From: Octopus bimaculoides
Lineage: Eukaryota
NCBI RefSeq assembly: GCF_001194135.2
Contig: NC_069002.1
Location: forward strand, 2,984,254-3,022,174
Direction: 5' to 3'
DNA length: 37,921 nt
The translations under genes and the position numbers were made by a program. Shown in pieces: positions 1 to 10,912 of this stretch (its first letter is position 1; every line of letters begins with the position of its first letter). The notes beneath the pieces are model-generated. The model saw only the letters and a program-made list of their open reading frames with translations, had not been told where the DNA came from and made no database searches.

Positions 1-508
1 ATGTATATATATATATATATGTATATATATGTATGTATACACGCATACATGCATATATTTCTCTCATACATAGATGCATAAGTACGTACATATATATATA
101 TATATATATATGCATACATACATACATACATGCTTATATGTTAACCCATGAATTAAGAAACGAATCTTTCAGCTAGTTACACAAATGAATTCTAAAGCAA
201 ACTGCATACATTGTCTATTTATATACTCATCACAGTTCATTGATCTACATCAAAACTATCCACAGATCAAAGGGTTTTATTCTGAAAATAATTTATATTG
301 AATTTGATAATCCCCAAAAGTCATTCAACCAAAACTCCCTCACAGTTCGGTTGCATTTGGATGCCTAATAATTATTGCGATCAAACGGAGGGTGTATTTG
401 ATTCAAGGAGAATTCCTCAGCAATCCTATCATCTTGTAAGATATTCTGAAAATTGTTTTTCCTTGCCAAGATGAGGATAAAGATAATGATGATAACAACA
501 GTAATAAC

Positions 509-578
<70 letters not shown>

Positions 579-676
579 GTAATAACATTGATGATGAGGA
601 TAATGATAATAATTATGATGACGACAACGACGATGATGATGATGATATGATGATGATGATGATGATGGTGATGATG
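509..676. repeat. Compound trinucleotide microsatellite (AAT)n grading into (GAT/GAC)n
   Basis: Direct reading: a long AAT run 509-578, then degenerate GAT/GAC repeats. It explains the poly-I and poly-L ORFs at 403-650. Confidence 0.95.
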
Positions 677-863
677 ACGGATAGTAAAAATCTTAATAAT
701 GGTGTAGATTCACAAAATTCAATGATAATGAGATTTCGTTTTTTTTTTTTGTTGTTAAATTGTGTCTTGAGTTTTGGAATCTATAATAATGTCACGATAT
801 GATTAAGTTGCAATATAATTGTGTGCAAATGTATGCATATATATATATATATGTGCAAATGTA

Positions 864-900
<37 letters not shown>

Positions 901-1162
901 AGTGGGATCTGTGGGTGTGTGTGAGCGTATATATTACGTAATATGCAACATATCACATGTATATGTATTTAATATATATGTATATAGAAGTATAAGACTG
1001 CGTAATAAATATATGATATAATATATGAATATACATTATGTATTTGATGTATATAAGCTACATTATATCATATAAATCTACTGAAGATGTAGACATCTCT
1101 GCTAAGACTCTAATAATGTTCGAAAATCAATTAAGGCTGTTCATCACTTAATAGGTGCAGAT

Positions 1163-1312
1163 GTAGCTGTGTGATAAAAAGCTTGCTTCCTAACCACATG
1201 GTTCCAGGTTCAGTTTCCCCTGCGTGGCACCTTGGTCAAATGTCTTCTATTATAGCCTCGGGCCCATCAAAGCCTTTTGAGCGGATTTGGTTGACAGAAA
1301 TGAAAGAAGCCC
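1163..1312 (+). mobile_element. tRNA-derived SINE, family A (copy 1)
   Basis: tRNA-like head (GCTGTGTGATAAAAAGCTTGCTTCCTAACCACATGGTTCCAGGTTCAGTTTCCC) with A/B-box-like segments, body TATAGCCTCGGGCC and tail GAAATGAAAGAAGCCC running into (CA)n. It aligns by eye with copies at 22283 and 24938. Confidence 0.85.
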
Positions 1313-1473
1313 ACATACACACACACACACACACANNNNNNNNNNNNNNNNNNNNNNNNNNNNNNNNNNNNNNNNNNNNNNNNNNNNNNNNNNNNNNNNN
1401 NNNNNNNNNNNNNNNNNNNNNNNNNNNNNNNNNNNNNNNNNNNNNNNNNNNNNNNNNNNNNNNNNNNNNNNNN

Positions 1474-1514
<41 letters not shown>

Positions 1515-1599
1515 CTGAGTCTTTGGATATAATTAGACCATTTTGATCTTGGTTTACCCCACCTCCAACTCCCACCCCGGCATGCTGGTGGTTGACTCT

Positions 1600-2080
1600 T
1601 TTGCTGCGACATTCTAAGCTTTATCTAAAGCTGGGTTGGGTTAACGGATGTTTCGCTGCTATTTCATGTTGTTTGAATGCCCATGTAAAGTTTTCCTATA
1701 TATGTTTGTTAACATTATACGCATTCAGCTCTGAACAGCTCCGGTCAAGTACCTCTAGAAACAAATTTAAAACTGAAGTCACCATACCACGTCGATTTCA
1801 CACATACTTTTGTCAAGAACTTCATTTTCTAACGTGAATTATTTTTTTTATGACAATAGAATATTTGGAAGAAACTTCCTGTAGTCTGAACGAAGCTTTC
1901 TAATTTGCTTAAAGTACTGAAGGACATTGAATGCCGCTCTGTATTCAGCCACTCCTCTGGTTTTCCAATTTGCTAACGTTTTCATATTTTCAATCAATCC
2001 TCCATGTCACATCAAAAATATTGTGTTTTAGTTCTCCATATTTCTCTGAATATTCTGAATAGTTTTCTAATAATAATAAT
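1600..2080 (-). mobile_element. Heavily degraded Penelope-like retroelement fragment (RT-thumb end, linker, GIY-YIG remnant)
   Basis: Minus-strand translation with stops and frameshifts gives, in the expected order, QIGKPEEWLN (cf. NGYP..W/FI), EIDVVW, RAECV*C*QTYIGK (YIG motif preceded by CxxC) and AFKQHE (cf. RFKEH). Manual motif recognition only. Confidence 0.45.
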
Positions 2081-3290
2081 TAATTAATTAATTAATTAAT
2101 TGCTTTATTCAATTATTGTTAATTATTAACTAATTAACCAATTAAATATAATTCTGTTTAAATTCGCTATAAATTCAAATTTAATCAAATATTTCATACC
2201 GTAATAACGACAAGGAACGTTGTTATCATTTTACATCATGATTGTTATGGCGATTTTTCTTTATTCTTTTCTTAATTGTCGTTGCTATTTCTAGCTTCAC
2301 ATCAATCTAGAACATTTGGTTTTTATTCTTCTATCAGATAACCCTTTTCTGTTTGATTGGATGTTGTCGCTGTTGTTGTTGCTGCTCTTCCTACCGGGTT
2401 TTCCTTGTTATTCGTCAATAACTATATTTTAAAGTTTTATAAAAATCTTTATGAAAATAAAATGAAACAACGGGTTAAGAACATAAAACGAAATATGAAA
2501 ATAAGCTTTGTAAAAAGCAAAATATGATATAAAATCTAAACTCTGTGCCCCTTATAAAAATATATAATAAAACTTCATTTATCGAATAAAACAGGCGTTG
2601 AGCACACTAATGGAGAACTCACATATCTTATGTCATCATCCCTTTCGAAAGTCAATAAGAAGATACGATGGCCACTTGACGTTCGCCATATATTACAGGT
2701 ATTGACAGAGAAGTTTGCTCCGTATCAAGTAACAACTGCGAACAGCAACAAGATAAATTGAGAAAGGAGAGAAAGGCGGGTTGATAGTAGTTAAAGAACT
2801 AGATTATTTGACATATGGCGTAGTGATATACATAGAAATATAGAATGATACTTTTCGTATTTAGTATTATATATTCATCGACGGCAGAGCGTACGTGACA
2901 GCCTTCTTGATTGATATGACAAGGCAATTTATAAAATTTTGATTACAGCCTAAGAGAGAAGCTGTGTAATTATCTACCGGAAATAAGAGCAATACATACA
3001 CATACACAGAGACGTACATATATACATATAAGTGTGTCTGTGTGCGTGTGTGTAAGCAAATGGGTTGAGATTCACTACAGCTATTTCAGAGGTGTCTTTT
3101 GTTGATGGATAAATCAATCATGAAAAAATACGTTATTCTTCGAGTGAACACCCAAAATTTAACATCTAAGATTTTTTCTCATACTATATATATTTTTTGA
3201 CTCCTTCATCTCTGTTACGATTAGTCCTGATGATTAAAATATCTCGATTCAATTGGATCCTTTAAATAGTTATATGCATACACGTCTTCT

Positions 3291-3446
3291 TTCACTCTCT
3301 CTGTTTATTTTCTGTTAATCCTTTTTGTTGAAGAGCGTAGGCTCGAAACGTAAAAGACGTTTTCATTTTCCCGAGCGTCAAACTAATACACGTATTCATT
3401 GTTTATACATCTGTCTTCGTCTTTTGTTTTTCTATAGATTTCAACT
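3291..3446 (+). mobile_element. Short interspersed repeat resembling a Penelope-like terminal repeat, with hammerhead-like core (copy 1)
   Basis: Aligns over about 155 bp with 27650-27805 (GTTGAAGAGCGTAGGCTCGAAA..GTAAAAGAC, TTCCCGAGCGTCAAACTAAT, CTGTCTTCGTCTTTTGTTTTTCT, TTCAACT). Both copies end in (TA)n. Confidence 0.75.
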
Positions 3447-3727
3447 ATATATATATATATGTGGGGGGGCGGGTAAGATCCCCATGATCCATGGACGTGT
3501 TCTCTCCAGCGGTCCTTGTCCCTCATCATCGCTACCATGTCATGCTTCTTTCAGGGACCTGTTTCTGTCCTTAGAGCATCTATTTCATATGGTTATGAAA
3601 TAGAAAATATAACATATACATATTTATATTAATAGACCGAACTGACACAGACTAGAAACTCTATTTATGTATACTTAAATATTCATCGTCTGAAAGTCTC
3701 CACTTTTCTCTCATTTTGTGTGTGTAT

Positions 3728-3789
<62 letters not shown>

Positions 3790-4669
3790 TTTCTAATTAA
3801 TACCCAAACTGTTATATGTAATATATCTAATTTGCTTATCCGCAGAATTGCCTCCATATCTGCTCGACTTGCTCCCTCTTATGGCCATTCTTTACCCCGT
3901 AGAATTGGTCCCCAGTAAAAGCATCAGAGTCTAAGTCTGAATCCTTTGAGCACGACTAAGCGTCTTTTTAAGTAGACTTTAAATAGATTTACTTTTTGGT
4001 AAAACATTTAAGCAACAGATTCGTGAATGATTAAAGTCAAAACGACCTAAGAGGAGGTTGGCTAATCACATGATAAAGCACAAACTTGGGAAATTATTCT
4101 TCAATTTTCTTAATGTAATTTAACTTGACACCTATGGAATTTTGTAGAAAATTTAGCATTTAGAAATTTAACATTTTTGCAAAAAATAAAACAATTGAAG
4201 ATGACATTAAAATTTCATGAAGAATTATTACTTTCTCCTGACAGAATAAATTTTGAAAATTTATATTTAGCACTTGAACTTTGACATTCTGATTTCAAAT
4301 TTCATCGTAGTCAGCTTTGCTTTTTATACAACCGATTGTCGATAAATGAAGTACCATCAAGTCCTAGGGGTGATTCTTCGTTACTTCCTCTCCTCCCTTC
4401 ATTCACCTCTCTCCATTTCTTTCTCCTCGAGGGAAATCAGATGTGATCAAGCCTGAGAATGAATTGACTTTGTCAAGTTTAAAATACCCCAGCTATAATG
4501 TCTGTCATGACATTGCCCCAACAGTTCCATCAAGAATTGAAAGCCGAATGAAACCTGAACGGAATTACTCGGAGTAAATGAAGTATTTAGCATTTTGCTA
4601 CTATATCATCGACTACATCTTTTTCCAAGACTGTGCTAGTTTTAGAAATAAATATTTAGCGCATGAATG

Positions 4670-4910
4670 ATTGAGTCAGACTTTAAACACCGCCAAGATG
4701 GACTCTCTAAGTCATCAATCCGAAGTAGATAAAACCAAGTACCAATAAAATAATGATTCAATTTGCCACTTTTGGAAATAAATAATTGACGCAAGTACTT
4801 TTGCGTTCTGTGTTCAAATCCCTTCAAGTTCTTACCTTTCATCTATCCGAAGTAGATGAAGATAAAATACCAGTAAAATACTTAGGCTGATGTGAGAGTC
4901 TATTACCCAC
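4670..4910 (+). mobile_element. Two adjacent degraded SINE family C fragments
   Basis: Two versions of the core (CATC.ATCCGAAGTAGAT...AGTACCA/ATACCAG) at about 4713 and 4840. The second is preceded by the B-box-like GTTCTGTGTTCAAATCC. Confidence 0.55.
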
Positions 4911-5013
4911 AATCCTTCAAAAAGTGAGCCAATGTCACGAATGAGTATTTAGCGCGTGAGAAGATATTCAATTCTCAGAGAACAATGATTCTCTCCGTCA
5001 CACTCTCATTCTT

Positions 5014-5095
5014 TCTCTCTTCCCCCTCACTCCTCTCCTTTTCCTCACCCTCTCTCTTCCCCCTCACTCCTCTCCTTTTCCTCACCCTCTCTCTT
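5014..5095. repeat. 37-bp pyrimidine-rich tandem duplication
   Basis: TCTCTCTTCCCCCTCACTCCTCTCCTTTTCCTCACCC occurs at 5014-5050 and 5051-5087, followed by a partial third unit. Confidence 0.9.
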
Positions 5096-5509
5096 TCTGT
5101 CTTTCTCTTCCAAACACGCACACTATAATACTCTCAATAATATTAGATCAAGCAAGAAATCGAGACATTTAGCTAATCACCACAAGTATCACACATCACC
5201 TGATCATTAACTGACACTTTATAGTTTCTTGCGTTGAGGATTTTATTGTCGTTTTGCCATCGTTAACAACCAGCGAATTTATTGTCGCTTTCCTATCGTT
5301 AACAACTAGCTTTAATCTACTGACGAATCCAGTTCTGATTTACAAGCTGAGTTGGAATAATTGCAAATGCTCACAATTATATATTTTTTCTTCTGTTAGA
5401 GAAACATATAAAAGGAATAAGCAAACAATGCTGCCATATATTGTTCAACATTATGCAGCTGCTGCTATTTCACATTTTAACAGTAACAGATTGTATAATT
5501 AACATCGAT

Positions 5510-5625
5510 ATCCACTGCGTTCCGTGTTCAAATCGCACTGAGGACGGTTTCGCTTTTCATCCTTGAGAGATTGATAGAATATGTATCACACAAGCGCTCG
5601 GTTCGGTTATCGTTTTTCCCCAGAT
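5510..5625 (+). mobile_element. Degraded SINE family C fragment
   Basis: GTGTTCAAATCGCACTGAGGACGGTTTCGCTTTTCATCC...GATTGATAGAATATGTATCA parallels GAGTTCAAAT..GCCGAGGTCGACTTTGCCTTTCATCC...GTCGATAAAATAAGTACCA seen in the better copies. Confidence 0.55.
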
Positions 5626-5730
5626 TCACGGCATTTTGATTAATCATTTCGTCAATAATCAAATGGCTCGGTTCGTCGGAGTCATTTCGTCGCCATTCGT
5701 GACCTCAATGAAACGCTCCCTCGACTCCAG
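5624..5730 (+). CDS. Candidate internal exon (IHGILINHFVNNQMARFVGVISSPFVTSMKRSLDS), unknown product
   Basis: Acceptor cgtttttccccag and donor CAG|gtttgt; only one of three frames is open. No recognisable homology, and the acceptor may be SINE-derived. Confidence 0.2.
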
Positions 5731-7110
5731 GTTTGTCGTGGCATTTAGCCTACGAAAAATTAGCGTCTCTGTGGGTTTGGGAGAAATTGTTAAAGCATCA
5801 GTCATGTATGGACGTCTTTGAGTTCTGAGTTCGAAGCCTATTAAAGGCTTATTTTATTTTTACCTTTGATTTTAGTGTAGTCGACAAAGTAAAGTGCCGA
5901 TCTAGCACTAGTGTTTATATAATCTATAGTACATGGCTGTGATAACACTTCTTGCCTTGAACCAATGTCTAAACTAGTATTTACGGTCGTATTGAGGTTA
6001 AATGGCAGCGTTAATAGTGCGGCGGATAAAATATTTTGCAATATTTGGTCCAAATAATGTACAAATACCTTAGTCGTTAATATTCGTTTTCGATTCCAAC
6101 TGGCATAACCCACAATCCTAAGAAAATCCTTTTCTTTTTTAACCATTGGATCCTATACTTAAAATATAAAATAAAATTCTTGCCGATAATTGTTCCGGCT
6201 TTCTACACTCCTTTTTTCAAATCTTACTGATTTCAGCTTTTTCGGATTCGATGGAAAATCTATCAAACTCATGTGGTTGATTGGCGGGACTGTAAGAACT
6301 TCGGACTGCATACCTTGCGATATTTGGTCTGGCTCCTTGAGTTCTGAGTTCAAATCCTGCTGTAGGTGCCTACTTGAGTGGTAGGCTTAATCCATCTCTT
6401 ACTTTAGTTGAGCACCAGCATTTGGCGGAGATCGTTCTGTTTTAAGCATCTAACCAGGCCTGCAGTTTAAGATACCTTCCTCTTTCTTTTACAGCAGTCT
6501 CAGAAGCTCTGTAAACTCATAAAGACCCCACCTAAAAGTTTAAAGGAAAAGCCTGTAGTTTAATTTAATCTAGTATCTGGCTACAAAATCATTAACCTGA
6601 GATTTATTTCATTAAGATCTAATACTGCATCTAAGTAGATCCTTATGAACTCAGAACTGTAATCTAATGTCTGGAGCAAACATTCACCCACGCGGTCCAG
6701 CTTTGCTCTTTATTTTTGTAATTTAAATATGTCGGCAGTAATATAATATATTTCGTCTTCTTAAGTCATGTCCAATCAACATTAATCTTTTGGAAACATA
6801 AAACGTTGCCAGCTGAGAAATTCTTCGCTCTCGCAATTAGTTGTTCATTAGAACCATTTCAGAAACACATAGATCATGACATTCAAACAGGATTAATGGT
6901 AAAATTATAGACTGGCATTATTCTGGACTTCGAAATACGATATAAGCACGAGGTCAAGTTTATTTATGATCATGTGTTCCAACCTGACTACCATTTTTTT
7001 TATATTTGCGGATACACCGTGGTTGGAAAATATTGTGTTAACAACAAACAAGATGAAAACAAATATCCGTCAAATGCAAATAATATAAATAATAAATAAT
7101 AATTTTTGCA

Positions 7111-7224
7111 TTTATCAGTTCAGGATCGATAAAATAAGTACCATTTGAATACTGGTGCGGGGTATGTAATTCATTTACCACCCGCTACCTGGAAATTGCT
7201 GGCCTTGCGCCAAAACTTGAGACC
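7111..7224 (+). mobile_element. SINE family C, 3' half
   Basis: GATCGATAAAATAAGTACCA...TACTGG...GAAATTGCTGGCCTTGCGCCAAAACTTGAGACCA matches the core and tail of the 19994-20206 and 35156-35355 copies. Confidence 0.8.
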
Positions 7225-7269
7225 ATTATTAATGTTGGAGGTGGTCGTTGGGGTGTTCAAGGTGAAGTC

Positions 7270-7308
7270 TATTTCGTTTGCTTTTCTCTGTCTCTCTCTC
7301 TGTCTCTT

Positions 7309-7348
<40 letters not shown>

Positions 7349-7805
7349 TCCCTCTCTCTCTCCTCATCTCCCTGCTTTATGTCCGCGTTTTATTGTTCCT
7401 TTTTATTTCTTTCCTTGTAATTATTCTTCTTTCACTTCTTTCAATTCTTTTCTTTCTTAACTTTTTATACATTTTCATTTTCTTTCAACCTATTTTTCAT
7501 TTATTTTTCTTCTTTTCCATTTTTCGCTTTTTCTCCTTCCTCCAATTCTCCACCTCAGTCTCTTTCGTTGTTGTTGTTGTATTGTTGCTGATATTTTCCT
7601 TTTATTTTCCTGTTTCTTCTTCTTCTCCATCATGTTCTCATTCTTCTACTTTTTCGTCCACTTTTTCTTTTTCGTCTTTTTATTTATTCCTCGTCTTTTC
7701 TTCTTTCCTTCTTTCCCTTTTCACCCTATTTTTGTCCACCCTCACCTTCTTCTTCATCTTCATTTTCTTCTTCTTCTTCTTCTTCTTCTTCTTCTTCTTC
7801 TTCTT

Positions 7806-7847
<42 letters not shown>

Positions 7848-8030
7848 TATCATCATCATTATCATCAGCAGCAGCAGCATTACTTTTACTTCTTCGTCGT
7901 TTATGTTTTTTCTTTATCATTTTATTCTCTAATTCTTCTCCCCCTCCTTCCGTTTCTTCTTATTCTTATCATTCTTCTTCCCCTCTTTCTTTCTTTCTCT
8001 CTTTCTTCCTCCACTTATTCTTCACTGCAA
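7270..8030. repeat. Long pyrimidine-rich low-complexity tract with (CT)n, (CTT)n, (CTA)n, (CAT)n and (CAG)n
   Basis: Direct reading; the top strand is strongly depleted of G over about 760 bp. Confidence 0.9.
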
Positions 8031-8584
8031 ACCTAAATGCTACCAAGTCTGGCATATCTGACAGTATATCGCGGAGTTTAATCATTTTCGCAATTGAATG
8101 CTTCGCTTCACACAGACAGACACAGACACAATTTCACATACAAAAAGCAACACTAGCCATAAAGCCAACCACGTGACATACCACAGCCCCACCCCACACA
8201 CAGACCACACATACAATCACTTCCAATCAGAAACTGACAACACATTTACGCAGAAACTCATGCATATATATGTTTGTGTGTGTAAATATGTTTATATATG
8301 TTTATACATATGTCTATATATAAACGTATACACAAATATGTATGTATATGTATATATGCATATATATCTTTATTTATATATCCATATATATATATTTATA
8401 TATATGTATATATATATATATTATACGTATACATATATATATATATATGTGTGTATATATGTATATACATTCATATAAATATGTGTATGCATGCGTATAT
8501 ATATACACACGTACGCCCACGAGCTCAATATTAATACATACACAGAGTTAGTGATTCACACAAATCTCTCTATACAGGCACATA

Positions 8585-8650
<66 letters not shown>

Positions 8651-8659
8651 TATACATAT

Positions 8660-8690
<31 letters not shown>

Positions 8691-8727
8691 CAAACACACA
8701 TATATATACGTATACCTATGCACACAC

Positions 8728-8765
<38 letters not shown>

Positions 8766-8947
8766 ATATATATGTATGCATGTATGTATATATATACTGT
8801 TCGGTCATACATACCAAGATATATACATACGTATGCATGCATATATACATACAGACGTAGGTGTATAAATACGCACGCACGTACATTCATACATATATAA
8901 ATACATACCTACGTACATACCCAGCTACATGATCGCTCTGTAAGCTG

Positions 8948-8994
<47 letters not shown>

Positions 8995-9015
8995 TCAGTT
9001 TCTTTCTCATATCAG

Positions 9016-9088
9016 TGTTAAAATTGACAGATTCAGTTCTAAAATGCGACCGACCCACGTGACTAAAACTGAACAAAAGAGGAAAAAG
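9016..9088 (+). CDS. Candidate internal exon (VKIDRFSSKMRPTHVTKTEQKRKK), unknown product
   Basis: Acceptor tttctttctcatatcag and donor AAG|gtaaag; 73 nt, phase 2 to 0 frame open. No homology recognised. Confidence 0.25.
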
Positions 9089-9211
9089 GTAAAGAAGAAA
9101 GAAGAAACCAATTAACTTCACATCATATCCAATATGGCCGCAATTTCCCGCAAATACTAAAGAACTGAGCAGCTCACATTAGTTAAGATCTCATCAACGT
9201 CGTTGTGGCAG

Positions 9212-9274
<63 letters not shown>

Positions 9275-9310
9275 CGATGATGGTAGAAGTGGTGGTGGTG
9301 GTGGTGGTGG

Positions 9311-9341
<31 letters not shown>

Positions 9342-9356
9342 GGTGGTGGTGGTGGT
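9212..9356. repeat. Compound microsatellite (GAT)n-(GGT)n-(TGT)n-(GGT)n
   Basis: Direct reading. Confidence 0.95.
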
Positions 9357-9624
9357 CATCGTCGTCTAGCCGCCGTCTAGCCGCCGTCTAGCATTACATT
9401 AGCCTCGATTAAACAAACGTATAATGAGAAGCAAATGACAATCCAGCAATGACCATACCGTCTTATACTGTTCTGTTTTAATACGGTGCATCGTGGATCA
9501 CTTTAATCAATAAGATTTTCTTATTTCTTTTTTATTCTGTTTCATTTTATTTTTGTTTTAATTTACTTATTATTGGTCTTTTTTTTCTGAGAAACTTTTC
9601 TGTGATTCTAGTGAGATTTGCTGA

Positions 9625-9838
9625 CTATTTCCAGGAATTCGATCGTCCACAAAAAGGACACGTCTTCGGTTCCCTACCGGAAACTATTGCTACTCTTCTT
9701 GTTGTTACTGTTGTTGTTGTTGTTGCTACTGTTGTTATTGTTGATGGTGTCGTTGTTGTTGTTGATGCTGTTATTGTTGTCGTTGTTGTTTTTGTTGAAA
9801 TTGTTGTTGATCCCGAGGTCGTTTTTGATCCAGCACTC
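9625..9838 (-). CDS. Candidate terminal exon encoding a Thr/Ser-rich stretch plus the C-terminal REPKTCPFCGRSNSWK
   Basis: Acceptor ttttgcctacag; 214 nt = 1 nt + 70 codons + TAG (9627-9625); minus-strand AATAAA motifs about 75-95 nt downstream. The alternative is a decayed (AAC)n microsatellite. Confidence 0.35.
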
Positions 9839-9963
9839 CTGTAGGCAAAATTCTTTCCAGCCGTGACAATCCCGTCTTTCTTTTGTTATATCAGATACAT
9901 ACGTCACGGATTACATTTTTCCAGTGTTTCATTTGTATTCTTTCCATGATTGAAAGACGCACT

Positions 9964-9997
<34 letters not shown>

Positions 9998-10202
9998 CAC
10001 GACAGGAATACACACATTCTCCATCGCATATAAACACTCCGACATTTTTTTTTTCGCACGTACACAAAATGCATTTGAGCAGCCACAAAAATACACAGAG
10101 AGACATTCGTGCACGCATAAACAGGAAAACACATATATGTACACACCCACGCGATTTTTATCACACATATACAGAAACAAACTAAAACAGAACAATGCAC
10201 AC

Positions 10203-10254
10203 ACACATACATACATACATACATACATACATACATACATACATACAGACAGAC

Positions 10255-10293
<39 letters not shown>

Positions 10294-10298
10294 TAGAT

Positions 10299-10344
<46 letters not shown>

Positions 10345-10356
10345 GTAGATAGATAG
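10203..10356. repeat. Compound tetranucleotide microsatellite (ACAT)n-(ACAG)n-(ATAG)n
   Basis: Direct reading; it runs into an N-gap. Confidence 0.95.
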
Positions 10357-10382
10357 NNNNNNNNNNNNNNNNNNNNNNNNNN

Positions 10383-10414
<32 letters not shown>

Positions 10415-10712
10415 GTCTACAGCAGCACTTATAGATTCAGTCAGTCGCTCAATATGAAACTTAAGCCAGACAATTCACGCCTTGACGTAAAATTAGTTGA
10501 AATATAAAAAAGAATCAAACTTATCAAACTGAAAAATAATTGCTGGAACAAAAGTGGTCGTCTGCTCAGGTCCATATAATACAAAGGACGTACAAGACAC
10601 ATGCATACAAACACATACTCACACATACACGCACGCACGCACGCACGGAGGTACGCACACTTACACACACACATATTTAAATATATGAATATGGAGATAT
10701 ATCCTTATTGTT

Positions 10713-10751
<39 letters not shown>

Positions 10752-10854
10752 ATATGAGTGTGTAAGCATAAGCATATACATATATGTACATATAGTGAGA
10801 GAGACATAGGTAGGTAGGTAGATATTTAGATAGATAAACATACACTCCTCATAC

Positions 10855-10912
<58 letters not shown>

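Noticed and set aside
2596-2760. Exon-like readings on both strands near 2.6-2.75 kb, including a minus frame with an in-frame TGA (possible Sec)
   Set aside because: Weak acceptor on the plus strand, stops in all frames from the strong minus acceptor, and no SECIS or selenoprotein motif.
3224-3250. CCTGATGA...CGATTC as a second hammerhead
   Set aside because: It lacks GAAA, and no stem III or stem I pairing was found.
5841-6146. 101-aa minus ORF (MVKKEKDFLR...)
   Set aside because: No recognisable domain; ORFs of this length occur by chance, and the internal splice-like signals are not diagnostic.
6910-7083. KFIYDHVFQPD resembling the kinesin FTFD.VF motif
   Set aside because: An isolated short match with no other kinesin motifs and no good splice context.
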